From: Dicyema japonicum
Lineage: Eukaryota > Animalia > Dicyemida
DNA: 64,000 nt
NCBI GenBank assembly: GCA_011109175.1
Contig: RDEW01000002.1
Span: forward strand, 1,408,111 to 1,472,110
Direction: 5' to 3'
A model generated the notes under the pieces. It saw nothing but the letters and a program-made list of their open reading frames with translations, was not told where the DNA came from and did not search any database. Shown piece after piece: positions 12,594 to 26,520 of this stretch (within the stretch, counting starts at the first letter, position 1; the number at the start of each line of letters is the position of its first letter). Position numbers and translations under genes: made by a program.

Positions 12594-15500
12594 TTTTATT
12601 TTTTAACATTCAAAAAGATGTTATGCTAGTATATAGTTGTTTTAAACAATAAAAAACTCATTTAGATGCAATTGAACAATTTTAAAATTGAACTACTCTG
12701 TGATATACCAACTGGATCTATACTTACTCTTCGATATGAATAAAGCTTATTATTAAACAACAGGGAAACAACATAAGTAAAACCAAGGGTTCCACCGTCC
12801 ACTGTCGTGTACAAGTAGTCGAGATGATTTCCACATCTCAGTTTTTTTGACGTACTTGATATCAGTAATTGCGACTTGTGGAAGTCTACAGAAACGCTGT
12901 CGACAAAGTATTTCTTTCCAGAGTGAAGGAAGAGAAATCTTCGATCAAGTGTCCACTGAGATGAATTCTAAATAAGAGTCTTCAGTTTTTTTGGAAGATT
13001 ATTTGAATTTTCGATATTTTTCTCATTGGTTGATGGGGAAACAATTCCCCATGATCAGAACCATCATACTGTTTTTTCAGGTCAACAACCAAGTTTCAAT
13101 ACAAATATGATATTATGGACATAACCTTATCACGTGAAAAGTGCACGGTAAGCTGGATCGTTGTCTCCACTCATTCGTCTCCTCTTTAATCACCCTACCC
13201 ACACTTCCAAAGTCTTCGTAGCTAATAGTTTTGACCGTCATAGCTGAGTTTTCATTTCCTCAATTTCTACTTCAACTTTCTGGCAAACATTATCCCAATA
13301 TCGATATTATCGACATCAGTAGTGTTGTTAACTTCTTTTTTAAGAGTACCTAAACAATCCAGTTCCGCAGTTTAGTATTATGGATGAAACACACGTCATA
13401 TCTCGTACTGTATCGATAATTGGTCTTTAGTGTGTTTTAATTCAAAAACTGTAGTATTTAAGGACATTGTTGATTTTTCGAGACTAACATTTTTAATAAA
13501 TAGCCAAATTAAATACTGAAGTTGGAAATCGGAAAATATTCCTAAAGAGGTCAATAGTAATGAACATGACATCCCTAAATTATAGCAAGTAAAGAAGGTC
13601 AAATGCGTAAGAGTCTTAAAAATAAAGCTATGACTGAGTTTTCCAAAAACAATAGTCATAAAATTAATTAAAGGACGTTTTCGTCAAAAATATGAAAAAG
13701 TTATATAATAAAATTGCATCATTATTAGCCAATTTTCGCATCTTTAGAATTTCCATTTATTTTATATACGAGTGGGTTTAATCTTATTAATCTTTTAATT
13801 TAAATTTTTTGAAGAAGTTAATAACTGTTGTTACCATTCTTATATTTATTTTCATTTTGGGCTCAATGTGAAAGTAGTTTATCTCAGCGTTCTGTTTTAG
13901 TGGCGCGTTTTTTGACAGTGGCGAGTTCATAAAATTTAGCGAACTGAGGTTACTAATCTAATTCCATCCTATGATTACATTAATTTAGATATCTTCAAAA
14001 TTATGAATTATTATATAATAGTGATTGCAAAGCTCATTCTTCATCGCTTCTCGGTGGATAGAAGAAATGATGCAATCAAGAAACATCGGATATATGAAGT
14101 TTATGAGCGAGGAACGTCGAATGTACTATACTTTGGGTCAGAATTTCTTCTGAATTTTGGTTGAAATATCAGGCATATCTGTAATAATTATTACACCATA
14201 TATTATATAATGTAATAATTATTAACTATATAAGATTATCACCGTCGGATGCTTTAACGATACTTTATCACAGTAACATCATAGTACTGCTCAATTCAGA
14301 GATCCACAATCCATAGAAAACATTAGTCAACTGATGTGTTCTACAACATATTCACTTAAAAACAAACTAAAATCATGAATTTATTGAGAACTGAATTTAA
14401 CAATAATCGAAGAATTTATGCCTTAGTCAGATTAATAATACCCAAATTTCTTTGTTCAAATTATGTGAGTTTTCTTCCGCATTTTCTAAAAATCAATCAT
14501 TTTATCAAATTACAATTAAATTTCTATCAATCTGCAGGTATTACCCATTTCACAAAACAAAATTGAGCAATTCTACTCTTCATTACAAGGTTTCCCATAA
14601 ATAAATCGAACAATTTTCCATATATTAATAGAAAATTTTTAAATAAAAATAAAAACGAAAAAATAACATTTTAATGTTAAATAGTATAAAAATGTTGTTT
14701 TATTGATTAGGTTAAGCTGACATTATCCATTATTGCGATTGTTTCATAATTTATATGAGTCAATTTTTAAACAAAAATTAGAATTCTTGAGGCACAATGA
14801 CGATGGTCGTTTACTACAATTTTGAATTGCCTTACTTCCATGGAAGCCCAAGATACGTTGTGGTTTCAGATAAGTCCATTGCTAGAACTTGGGAAAAATA
14901 GAAAAAATTGATTATGTAGAGGGAAAGAGATACCAGAATCTTGTTAGTAACAGGGGTTTTGATTGCATAAGCCCAGTCGTGAATCGTCTTAAAGAGTGGC
15001 TGACTGGGATAATGTCTGGAATGGTTTGAATAATGTGACTCACTGTAGGTATGATTCTCCTTTTATTGTGAAAAGCAAAAAACAGTGGGACGAATGGTCC
15101 GATGTTTTAATTCCTAACATATCGAGATTTTTTTGGACTTAAAGATCTAGTTCTATAAGGTGGTTTGAAGTCAAACATCCTCTCTGGCTACTTTCACAAT
15201 TATCTGGGTCGTTGCAAGTACATCTTGCTTTCACTTGGCGACATGATCACTAGTAACTACCGAGAAACTCATACAAGTCACTTGTATTAATAAAAGACAG
15301 TCCCACATTCCCGTATTTATCCTTATCTTAGGAATGACCCATGACATGTTATGTGCCACGGCCCCAAAAGATACCCTAGTATTGACCTCTGCTTCGAAAG
15401 CTGAAGCGTCGTCCTCATTCCTGAATCCTAGGAACAAGTGGGATTCTCCGCGTTTGATAACTCTTCCTTTGGCATTGGTAGTCAGATTAGCTATACAGCA

Positions 15501-15988
15501 CAGGAGCTTAACGACTCCCACCTTCGGCACCTCTGACCAACTAGTGTAGTTAGTCCCACTCCAACCAGATTTCAACTTTTCTGTCTGTCCTCTCAAGAAA
15601 AGTCTAAATTAAATCAGAATTAAACTTATCGTTTCTAAGCGAAAAATGTGAAACCTTATCTCGTACTCTCCGTCTCATTTAAGTACTTATATCTTCAGAA
15701 TCGATTCCACATAAGATATGTTTAATTTTTTCATATTCGACAAGATCTCTGATATATCCCCTAAATTGAGACATAAAAAATCACTAAATCCATGCTGTTA
15801 AAATTAAAAGAAATCAGGTTAGCCATTTAATAAATACAGTTTGTATTAATTTTTTATTTAAAATTAATGAATTAATTAAATGTTGTTTTTATAATAGTTA
15901 CAAAAAAGTCATATTATGTAGTATATCTCTGGTTATTATTATTTTTTGGTTGAGGTGGTGATATCTCTGGTTATTATTATCGTCCCTC

Positions 15989-16380
15989 TTGAAAAGTATG
16001 TCTGAAAAACACGAAAATTGCAACCTAAATGACTTCTCTCTTTTAACGTTCAATGTCAGAGGACTTTCTAGTGCATGGAAAAGAAAAGAACTTTGTGAAG
16101 ACCTGGCTTGTCCATTCCTCACAGTAAACATGCAAACGTGTCAACAAGAAAATATAAAACAATGTCTCGATAAGATTATAGGTTTACGAACGAAAAGTTT
16201 AATCTTGAATTCATATCTGTCTCTAAAAATGAACATGAACGACTATCACTGGTACAAGTACACGAACCAAACTCATATGGAGAAATGTCAGCAATCTCAA
16301 GTCACTCAAAAGATGTGTTGAGACTTATCCATATAAGGGGAAGACTGCTGCCTAATTACTGTTTAACTTGGCTTTGTTAT
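15989..16380 (+). mobile_element. APE endonuclease N-terminal fragment of a LINE
   Basis: LLTFNVRGL...CQQE motif. Confidence 0.55.
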
Positions 16381-17334
16381 TTCTTCTATTTGGAGTGTTA
16401 TTTCATATATTTATTTGGAAGATAATGTACAAAAAGATATGCGCATTACTTTTCAAGAATTCGTCTTAAATGATATAAGAAGCCTGTAATTAGATACTTC
16501 CTTCGGCAAAAACTCGTGCACATTGCCAATTTCTGCAAAGAAAAAGAACGGCTATTAATTTGTGGTGGAAATTACACCGATAAAAAAAGCGAAAGAAATT
16601 TATTAATGTGAGACAGTTGGCTTTCATTTGCATATCAAAACCTTATGAAAATGTGTGGATTTGATTTTCTATTTTCTGCTTTGGAATGGAATATCGTTTT
16701 AGATGCGGAATAACATTCGATATGAACGGTCTTAGAGACTTCTCTTCAAGGAGTGATGGAAAAATTCTGAAGCATATTGACATCATGCTCTTATTCCGTG
16801 AGGGCTGAAAATTCCCGGCTGAAATTCCTTGTTCGGTTGGTGCCTCATGAGTTTTCATTAGAAAACAAAAGATGCGTCCAGACAACTGTCTCTTTTTTCG
16901 AAGGTGGCAGATACCTCACTATGGAAACTCAATGCAGATGGATTTTGTTTCCACAATTTTCAATTACGACAACTAATCGGGAATCATCTACTTAAAAAGT
17001 CTGCATAATTGTAGAGAATTGATTATCTAGAAAAAAAGATGAATAAGCGAGAAAATAGTCGTTTATCATGGAATTTCCTATTTGGAATAGGCGATATCTC
17101 AGGATGTTGTTCTACAGATTTGAATTTGTGTCATTTGGTGTGGCCAGGTTCATCCCCCTTGAAGAATTTTAAGCAGTGAATAACTCAATCAAAAAAATAT
17201 CAAATAAACACGACAAGTCTAGAGACACAGGACTCACATACGTTCTTTATTCTGTCGAGAATACTCTTTTCAGAGCAAAATTCGCAAAGTCAGAATCGAT
17301 GTATCGACTGTAATATTCTGTTTGATAGATTTTT

Positions 17335-17917
17335 TTTCAAAACTATTATTATTTAACAATTAAACAAATGTCAGTTGAGGAAGCCTGCTGCGTGGATTGA
17401 GAACGAGTTCCCTCGGAGTATGGCTATTCCTATCTTTTGTCTTAGCCATAACCCTTCTCGTTGATCCCTTTTCTTTCTGGCAAGCAATCCTCCGAGTTCT
17501 TGCAAGAATTCAGCCGTCATTGGACCAACGGCTCCCGATGATTCGGTCGCAACAGGAGTAAATCGGTAGCGATCCCCGAGGCAAGAATATTTCTTGATTT
17601 TTAGGTTTTCCGCAGTCGAAGCAGCTGCTCCAGGTGTCTGAACCGATTTAAAAATGTTCGTGCTTGAGAACGTGTCTATGCAAGTTGCGTCCCAGACCAA
17701 AGATCTTCCAGACGTGAAGGAGAAAATGGTCATCCCGTCAGGTCTCTTCCCATCTCCTCGATCAAGACCCACTGGTTCAAGCTGTGCTGGGAAGCCTGAA
17801 GCCTTCAGAGCTCTGACGATCACATCATTCAGAGCAGCATGACATGGTCCCCTTCCGGCGCTTCTTCTGCAGGACAGCGGGTGCAATCCTTTCGCATCGA
17901 CTGTTTTCCCGCATCGG
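17335..17917 (-). mobile_element. CRE-like 3' fragment with intact RLE frame; 13-bp TSD TGTTTGATAGATT
   Basis: ORF 17371-17886 HPLSC...KRPDG...LVWD...LRGN; repeat at 17319-17331 and 17918-17930. Confidence 0.9.
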
Positions 17918-17999
17918 TGTTTGATAGATTAGAAAAAAACAATTGGTGACAGACACAAGTTTATTAGAGATAAAAGAGAAGTCTAATCAGGAGAATATA

Positions 18000-18580
18000 C
18001 ATCTTTATACATCTGCACCAGCTAATTCAGTATGCATCTGCAAGGTAGAATTGATTTAATCCAGAGTAATCAGATGATCCTCTAAATATCTCTCAATGAA
18101 CCCCCAAAATTGAGAACAATTCACCATCCGTCATTTCTTTAAAAAGAGGTACAACAAATAGTATTACCCACCTTGGTCTTGTTGTCAATCAAAGTAGTCC
18201 AACAGTCTACAACTTGCATCACATCATTATTTATACGTAGACATTTAAAGACATTCAAACCACGTGCTGGCAGCATACTTGGGGTCCAAAAGCTACTGAG
18301 TCATTTCTTAGAAAATAACAGAAAATGAAGCTCACGATGTGCTTTCACCATTTCAAGGTTGTCAAATCGAAGTCTGAAGATTGTACTGATCGTCGGGAGA
18401 GGTCTGTCGTTCAGATATTTTCGAAGAGCACGTCCAATTAGTAGATGAGACTCGATCTACAATAAAAAATTTAGAAAACTTAAATGAGCTGGTTTAATGG
18501 CAGAATTTTCACGAAAGTGATAAGGAATCGTTCATTTGGCCGATAATTAGTTTATCTAGATAGTCTTCGAAAACATTCAC
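18000..18580 (-). pseudogene. Decayed host-like gene with short introns, product unknown
   Basis: Three short GT..AG AT-rich gaps keep one frame (IESHLLIGRALRKYL...LDPKYAASTWFEC...EMTDGELFSILG), but there are many in-frame stops. Confidence 0.3.
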
Positions 18581-19559
18581 CTTTTTCATAACCATCAAGA
18601 CTATCGTGTACAACTAAACTGGGAACCAAGTCTCAACTTCACGAAAAATCTAATTTCTTACTTTAAGGTGCAACCTGTTCAAGAATCCGCGATAAAAACA
18701 ACAGAAGTTGAGTTGATGGGAGAGGACATTAGACTACCAATTTGGTAGTAGATTCTTCTACATTTAAGGGCAGACTGGGATCTCTAACCACATAATTATA
18801 AAAAGTACTGGCAGATCATAAATGCGTAGTAATCTCCAAAAATCCATTGGAAAGAGAAATCATTGAGTGCAAAACCGGTAAACAGAATTTAATAAATCCA
18901 AAAGGGTTTTGGATACAACTCTTTCTTTGGGGCTAGTGAAGTTCTTGACGATTTTTTGCAAAACTTCTCTAGTTTTGACATTCTTGGATTCAAAAAAGTC
19001 ATAGAATCACTCATTGAGGTCGAAGTTATTCATAGTGCGGTAATTTTGATATAAACGGTGGAAAATAGATAAGAATTACAAAAACATTACTTTAGGTAAA
19101 ATAAATCCGCTTTTTCTAAATGAAGAAACTCAGCAGAACGACAAGTGGCCTCCAATTTACGCACTTAACAAAATAAGCACGTGGAACTAAATCTATGTGT
19201 TATTGTATTGTCAAGTAAAGGAAGAATATTTCGAATTGATAGGTTTCCGTAATTAGATTATTGATACACATAACTATGAGATCACTCAGTTTGGAACTAT
19301 TAGAAAGCTGTGTTAAAAGAGGATGTCTTATTGAGTCCTTGTTATCTTAATGGTTTTCGATCAGGTTGGTGAAAATGTGGTATAGTCGATTATAATTGCG
19401 TTTAGGACTAGAATTTAACTTTGGATTAAAGTGTACCTTCACTTTCATGGAAATAAAGAAGATGGTCAACAAGATCACAATTCATTTAAATTTATTTATT
19501 TTATATAAGATTTATTAAACAATACTAATGTAAAAAATAATATTAATTAATCCGCAAAA

Positions 19560-20217
19560 AGTAACGGATTCATTTCATATCTGAACTGTTGGCTCGTTAA
19601 AAACATTTTACGTACAAGTCCTGAAAAGTCTTATAAAACAATTTTCACAACATAGATTGACAAACTCCACTCCATGTGTAACCATAAATGGAAACTCAAT
19701 CCCCACGACCAACTCGCTCAAGATACTGGGCGTAACTTACGACCCACTCTTGACCTTCAGCAAACACATCGACAACGTAATTCCTAAGGCACAACGAAAG
19801 CTAGATTTTGTTAAACACTCCTTGGACAATATAATGGGTGTTTCAACTCAAATTTGGACTCGCTCTACGTGCAGTATATACAACCGTCTCTAACTTACAG
19901 GTGTGCTACATGGGGAAGCAACCTATCAAACAGGAATATAGAAAAAATCAAATCCTTCCAAAAATTGGGCAGTATGGCTTTGCAAAGGTTTTCTTGGACA
20001 TTTCTAAACCCTACACCTTTTGAGGAATTAGTGAGGAAAACCGGAGCCTTACTACCCTCCAAAAAGTTAGAAACCTCCGCCCAATCCGGAAATGCGTTGG
20101 AACCCGGAAGAACACCGAATAAGAATGAGATGGCTACTCGACGGCCGGAATCACCTGACGGTTATGTAGTTATTTAATTTGTCGGTGATTTTTGGTTTTT
20201 AATAATAATAATAATAT
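19560..20217 (+). mobile_element. LINE 3' fragment (Jockey/I-like post-RT region)
   Basis: LKILGVTYDPLLTFSKHID and LYVQYIQPSLTY; (TAA)n tail. Confidence 0.75.
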
Positions 20218-20759
20218 GAGTCATCCACTTGTGGAGAAAACTCCCTACATGTATAGCAGACTAATCCAAACATTCTTCTTTACCTAGCAGCTAACAAGCA
20301 AAGTATTCATAATCATTAATATGTAGTATGTAAAGAATCCAATAATTCTTTTGGATAAATAATAAATTTATTGCAATCGTCCAAGTATCACAAAGACTTT
20401 ATTCTGTGAAACGAAGCTGTGACCAGTGGATATACCTATTGGAGAACAGCACCTAGCAACATATATTTCTTTTTTTTTACCCAATGCGAGTAGTTTGGCA
20501 TAGAACATATTGTGGCTAATAGTTTCGTCGCATCCGATAGCTTTTCCATTCTCATATCATCATAATGTTAGTTGTAGGATAGTAAGGGGGTAACTTGATC
20601 TATTTGAGTGCTTTAAAGGGGGTAATCAGGCTATTCTGTTCTCTCAAAGGTAAAGAAATATTCCTTGTTGAGCTAACTGGTATCTTTTTTGTATATATTG
20701 TATTTTATATTAAGCACTACCGCGTTGCCATAAGCACGTAAGATGCCTGGAGTTTCGCT

Positions 20760-21020
20760 CGTGCAGAACACACACTTTATTTAAGTAATGAACAGTTATT
20801 ATAACTAATCGTAAAAAGTGAACCAAGGAATGCTCTTCACTTCTTTGTTTTTTTCTTTTTCTTCTGTGTATGTCCTTTTGACTATCCAGTTCCGCAGTAA
20901 ATCTCCACTGATGATGGCGTCACTTGTCAAGCCCTTTCCGCATCGTAGATGCGTGGAACCTTCCACCAGGTGAACAGCAGCGAGAATCGAACCCGTGACC
21001 TAAGGAACTTTAGCCCGACT
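20760..21020 (-). mobile_element. SINE family copy
   Basis: Reverse complement matches 57540-57790 (B-box, core, A-rich linker, TTACTTAAATAAAGTGTGT). Confidence 0.8.
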
Positions 21021-21307
21021 TATACATTAATCTTGATCTTCTTCAATTTAATAGAAGCGACCATTGTAACAGGCCAGGCAAAGAGAGATACCATTAATTT
21101 GAGATGAGATCTCTTTAAAGTTAAAGACTGAAGTTCCAAGTAAGACTAGTTTTTGGAAGGACAATAAATTCTAAGGACACTTATTGTGCATTAATTTAGA
21201 AAAAGATTGATTTCTTTACACAGTATGGCCAAATTTAAAAATTACCCCAAAAAGAACGATAAATAAAAATTTTTGTTTATTAAAAAACCAAATTATTATT
21301 GATAATT

Positions 21308-21620
21308 GTGGTATATGGTCTCTACCGTTTAACGAGTTCCGGGCAAAAGGCAAGAGGCCCGTCCGAATCCCGCTGCTGTAGGTTTCGCTCGAAGGTTCCA
21401 CGCATCTACGATGCTTTGACTTGACGAGTGATGCATTTATAAGTAAACAGAACCGGATCGTTTATAAAGGACATACACGCAATTAAAAAAGTGAAGATCA
21501 TTCTTCGGTTCTCCCTCTACGATCAATTATCCTAACTGTTCTTTACTTAAATAAATTGTGTGTCCTGTCTGAGCGGAGCTATAGCTAATGTGCTTCTGTT
21601 TAAAAGTGCAGTTTTTATGC
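21308..21620 (+). mobile_element. SINE family copy, diverged head
   Basis: Shares GGTTCCACGCATCTACGATGC and the 3' block ending GTGCAGTTTTT. Confidence 0.75.
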
Positions 21621-21699
21621 CTAAAGCAGTCAGTAATTTTTTTTCTAAATTCGTAGTAACTATGAGGCGATATGACGTAGAAGACTTCTATAAATCAAT

Positions 21700-22150
21700 A
21701 TTCTGTTGAATCATTATTTACTTATAAATTGTTGTGTCGTAAAAGCTAAAATTTCCCTGATCTTTTCCCAAGCGATTCCAATCACTAAAATAACTTGTCT
21801 TAGATTCACATTTTGCAAACTCTAAAAGGTATCTCATCTTTTTCAAAAGTAAGCGTAAAATTGCCTTTATGACACCCGCATCAAGGGGATGTATTAAGGC
21901 AGTCGTATTTTTGCAAGAAAAAAATAATTTGATGTTCGACAATAGAATATTTTGTGGCGAGGTACGCGTCTAAAAATAAAAGGATATTTATTCCTTGATT
22001 TCCCATTTCTTGATTATTCCTTGATTTCCATGACTTTGTAAAAGCATGCACTAATGATTTCAGATGTCATCCAGGTATTTTCGAGGCAGAATAAATGACT
22101 CCTGTTCTCCACTGTTGATTTTTTCATACATTACGGAGATTTGTATTTTG
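21700..22150 (-). mobile_element. pogo/Tigger DDE transposase remnant
   Basis: NIKLFF..NTTALIHPLDAGVIKA plus an upstream WMT motif. Confidence 0.75.
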
Positions 22151-23549
22151 ACGAGTAATGCCTTCATTGTTTCATCACCAAGGAACCGGATTATGTTATA
22201 GGACTCACAAGAAAAATAAAAGAACGACACGTCAAGAACATTGCCTTGTTATAATTGCTTCAGATTAGTAAGTATGACTTCTTACATTTTAAACAAAGTG
22301 TGAGTTCTGCCTAAGCTGAGATTTAACAATGAAAACATTACTAATCCTTGGCGACAGGGCTGTTTTATTTGTATTTTCCATTCAATAAAGGTTTCAACTC
22401 TCCTAGAGCCCTACAACAGAGAAGTTGACTTTGTTTTTACAATTTGTTCTGCTATGCTGAGATGAGTAATTAAAACATTACTACTCATCGGTGGAAGAAC
22501 GATAATAAGGATCCTTGTTTACCATCAATATTTTAAATAATATTAACAATCTTCATGAGTTGTAATGAGATTTGAAAACTTTAATTACTCTGATCATCCT
22601 TTAATCCTTTCTCTTAGTTTTTCCTTTCTTGGCTTTCCCTCGTTTTTGCTATCAAGATTTGATGGTAGGAAAGAAAGGGACTTGGGTCTAGAATTTCCAG
22701 GGTTTAGCTGTGACGGATATGAAACGAATGGTCAAGTATTTTTAAGGTTTCGTCTCTAAAAAACTGCCTATCGTGGATGAGTGTCTGTCATTGTGAAGTT
22801 TAAAAAAAAGTCATCAACAAAACCGACTTCCTGGCATGGTTTTTTCCCACTATTCGACGGGAGAAGATTTGGTTTAGTATGACGCAGGTTTTTGTGAGTA
22901 CTAAATTGATCAACTACCAAGAAAATGTTTCATTTACTTTTCGATAAATTAACTTCCCATTCAAGCAAAACTGTTGAGTCCACCCATGCTTTTTGGAAAT
23001 TCTTAACCTTACCGACGTTCCCTTGAGAAACAGTCTCAAAAGTTCTTGATGTTGCTTCGTTCCTTTGCTATCGTGAGAGTCAACACGCCTAGATAGATTA
23101 ATTAATTTATTTTATTTTTTTAAAAATGTTTTACAATATGGGAAACCTAAATTTTTTAATAAATTGTACATTACTCGACGTGTAGTCGCCACCTTGTTTG
23201 GTTGTTTCTTTTACTTAATTTTATTTTTATCTGTTCTATTATTACATATTTGTTTCAATATTATATTTTTGGATATCAAATACTGTTGAAGCTGTTATCA
23301 AAATGTCTAATATATATTTCGGTAACCTATAAAATATATTGATTATTCAACAATATTTGACTTTCTATATTTATTGTTGTCAGAATTTGAAATTATAAAA
23401 AAATTTATTGTATAATTTTTTCTATCACCATTTTGAAATTTTTATTGTATTTTTTGAAAAAATAGCACTATTCAAACAGAAGGTGGCTTTTCAATCTCAT
23501 CGATTTTTTTGATGAATGATTTTCTTTGATACTATCTTCCTTGAAACGG

Positions 23550-23850
23550 AGTCGGACGCCTTGTGGATATTAACTGACTCGAACAGGCTTATTACTCAGA
23601 CTTTACAAATTACAAAAAAATGAAGAGAATAACCCACGTGGCTGTTTGAGTCTGTGACGATCTTTTGGGTAATAATAGATTCATTTTTCATATATACAGA
23701 ATAGGAGATCAATCCCACAATGGCGGCAATGTTGTGTACCATTGAACAAGGATTTTTCCGAACCTAATCTAGACAGGCTAGTTGTAAGTTGGTTGCTATC
23801 AGGAGAGTCCCCCACAATATACCTTTCGAATTGCCTGGGCATCAACTCGT
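23550..23850 (-). mobile_element. LINE APE fragment, paralogous to 59830-60010
   Basis: About 135 bp shared with 59875-60005; YIVGDS...GIDLLF. Confidence 0.5.
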
Positions 23851-25379
23851 CTCAAATTAATTGATTAAAATTTATAACAATTTTATTCTAATTTCAACAA
23901 TAAATTTTCTCAGTATGTTTAAAGTAACTACCATTTCTAAGCATTCTTGCATCTTTTGCCAAGTATCTTAGTTTTTCTTCTTTTTTGTGATCAACATCGA
24001 TTATTGTTAAATAATTGCTCTTCTTAATTTTAATCAATGTCAAATCTGATTTTTTCTTTAGTAAGTAGTACCTCAATAAATTTGGCAATATTTGGATGGG
24101 AGATACCTCACAACCTATCGTGTTATTCTAGGTTCACCCTTCCGCTTCCTCGATTAACTTGATGAACTCAGACGTGCTCGGACCAATAATGCCAGACGTC
24201 TAACCGGATATCGTCTGGACAACTGTTGAAGACACCTCCATTGATTTCTGTTAAGATTAGGTAATTAGTGAATCATTCATGCGCTTTGTGAACGTTAAAT
24301 TTGAGCATGAAAAATACCAGATATTTATAAACGCCCTACTTTTTAAAAGAATAATTTCTTATTAATAAAAAAATCCCTTTACTTTTAAAGGGATCTTGAC
24401 GCCGTTTTCCTTTATTGGACATCAGTTTTACCACAACCTGCCACCAATTGACTCTTCAGCCAATTGGCTTATTCTTTGTGTAAATTGCATATAAATCAAT
24501 AATTAATGTGATTATATATCACTCACAAAATTAACAAATTTTTACAGTCGGGCTTGTATCTGTCGACCTCTACCCCTTACAGCGGTGATTGACTGAATTA
24601 CATTGTCATGATCTTCATTGGTTCCATTCTGGATCTGGATGCTCTTTGAATTGATCTTTCCGTTAGTCTCGGGGTAGACCTGTGCCAGAAACATCGTGTT
24701 GTGGACGTAAAAGGTTTCACCCACTCTCTTGTAGACTCAGTGGCCGGTTCCATGCCATACCACCATTAACAGGGTCTTGAAGCGCGCTCTTGAAACGGCT
24801 GGAAACCCATCATCTCTGGAAACGGTGGGTCTAGCGAGACGGTCTCTTTGTTAAGATCATTTGAGAGAATGATATCAAAACTCAGTAACGAGCGTTCTAA
24901 GATATTTGGGTCCATGAAATCAAATGTCTGTTCCAAAGGATTTCTTTCAGATTTTTTAAGGGAAACAGCCATTCAATTCTTTCTGCTGGATCATTTTGAT
25001 TATTTAGTTTTGAATAAATAAAATTTCTTGTTGTTTTAAATCAATTTAATTCGCACATAAAGCTCATCGGTTAAAGTAAATTCGCATATCTCTTTTCTGG
25101 GCAAAGGAAAGTCGATTGTCTCAGTTTTCTCTTTAGTCGATTTCAAGCGCGAGAGGAGACGCGGAGAAGTGGTGGATACAATGGAGGACTACATACTTAT
25201 GATGGTGCTGCTAATTGTGGAAACAGAGATCACTTGACTGTTTAGTATCTATCTTTCTCGATGGGGATTTAAATAAATAAGACTCCGTTAATAACGCAAG
25301 TATGGTGTACAATAGTTCTAGTACTATAGTCTCCAAATTCTCATCCCCCTTAAAAGACCCTATATATAAATATTCGATT

Positions 25380-26520
25380 TATCTTTTTCAATTTTCTCAA
25401 TGTCCTATTCAGTGACAGAAGAATGTCACGATGTTTAAAGCAGGGAGAACATGGGAGAGCATATAGGAGTTTGGGCATGCCGATGCTATTCTTCAAAAGG
25501 AAGAACGCTGTATGACATAAGTAAGGAGAGTTTCTCCGTAACTCTAGAGAGTTCATCCTCTTTTGTTAAAGATGGCGCCGCAGTTCCTTTTCTTCAAGTG
25601 GGCTCCCAAAAGTATGTATGTTCCTTAGGTACGACAGTAATTCCAGGTAGTTCCAAGTTGAAGACTCGACCACGTTGATAAAATCACTCTCCGAGTATGT
25701 GATACTTATTAGCTCCGATCTTTAATTTATCTCAACTCCGTGGTTTCGTAGTGCCGGCACGGCATGTGACAGAACGTCATGAACTTTTCTCCACGGCCCT
25801 CCAATCGTGGCGTCATAAAGATACTTGAGGTTTAGTTGTGTGTTTATAGAGCGGACAATTTCATCGATGGCCAGAGCGAAGAAGTGGACCAAGTAGGTCC
25901 CCTTGTTGGACTCCAGTCTCCGAAAGATAATCTTGTCCCCGAAAACCAGTGAAGAATTGGTTCCGTAAGCAAGGTAGACAAGTGGAATAAGTTCCGGGGC
26001 TCGTTTGCTTTTAGTTTGAAATTTGATCCTTCCGCAGTATATTGAAGGCATTGGAGATATCCAGCTTGACTTCAAAGTGTAGGTTTTGTTCGTCTTTCTG
26101 TCCAAAAAAACACCTCGGAGCATGCACTGCCGCCTCGCATCCGGTCCTTACATTAGCCCCCTAGTTGGAGGGGGATAATTCTTCAGATATCCTCGGACAG
26201 ACAATACTGCATACGATTTTCGGTGTCACTCTTCTGAAATAGTTGCCGACCGCGATGGGGCGGACCTTACCTTCGGGTTTTTGAAGGTCAGTAGATGTGC
26301 ACTGAAAAGAAGCTCTCTTGCGTGAGGAGGAGTATCTCCGTTCAAAATACGCATAACCAGTTTTGTAGTTGATTTGACAAGGTTGCATCCACCAACACAT
26401 GACGGCCTGATTTCCAGATGCTCCATATCTCTGAGATTCCGTTGGGAGTTGAAGAATCATCTTGATCAACAGCTTACAGGAGCTCAATAAGATAGATATG
26501 CAAGGAGCGCTAGATATGTG
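25380..26520 (-). mobile_element. CRE-like RT region (family A)
   Basis: KVRPIAVG, FFALAID and LLYALPCSPC; homologous to 55010-56872. Confidence 0.88.

Noticed and set aside
14043-14054. ATCGCTTCTCGG, matching the U2 snRNA 5' end
   Set aside because: Only 12 nt match; no branch-pairing sequence or Sm site follows.
18000-18580. Stop-codon reassignment suggested by many in-frame stops
   Set aside because: All three stop types occur, while the MBOAT, Ig-like and small genes have none; decay explains it better.
18600-18910. Penelope-like GIY-YIG/RT traces (also ~2330-2640 and ~63300-63560)
   Set aside because: Motifs are too degraded to support a call by eye.
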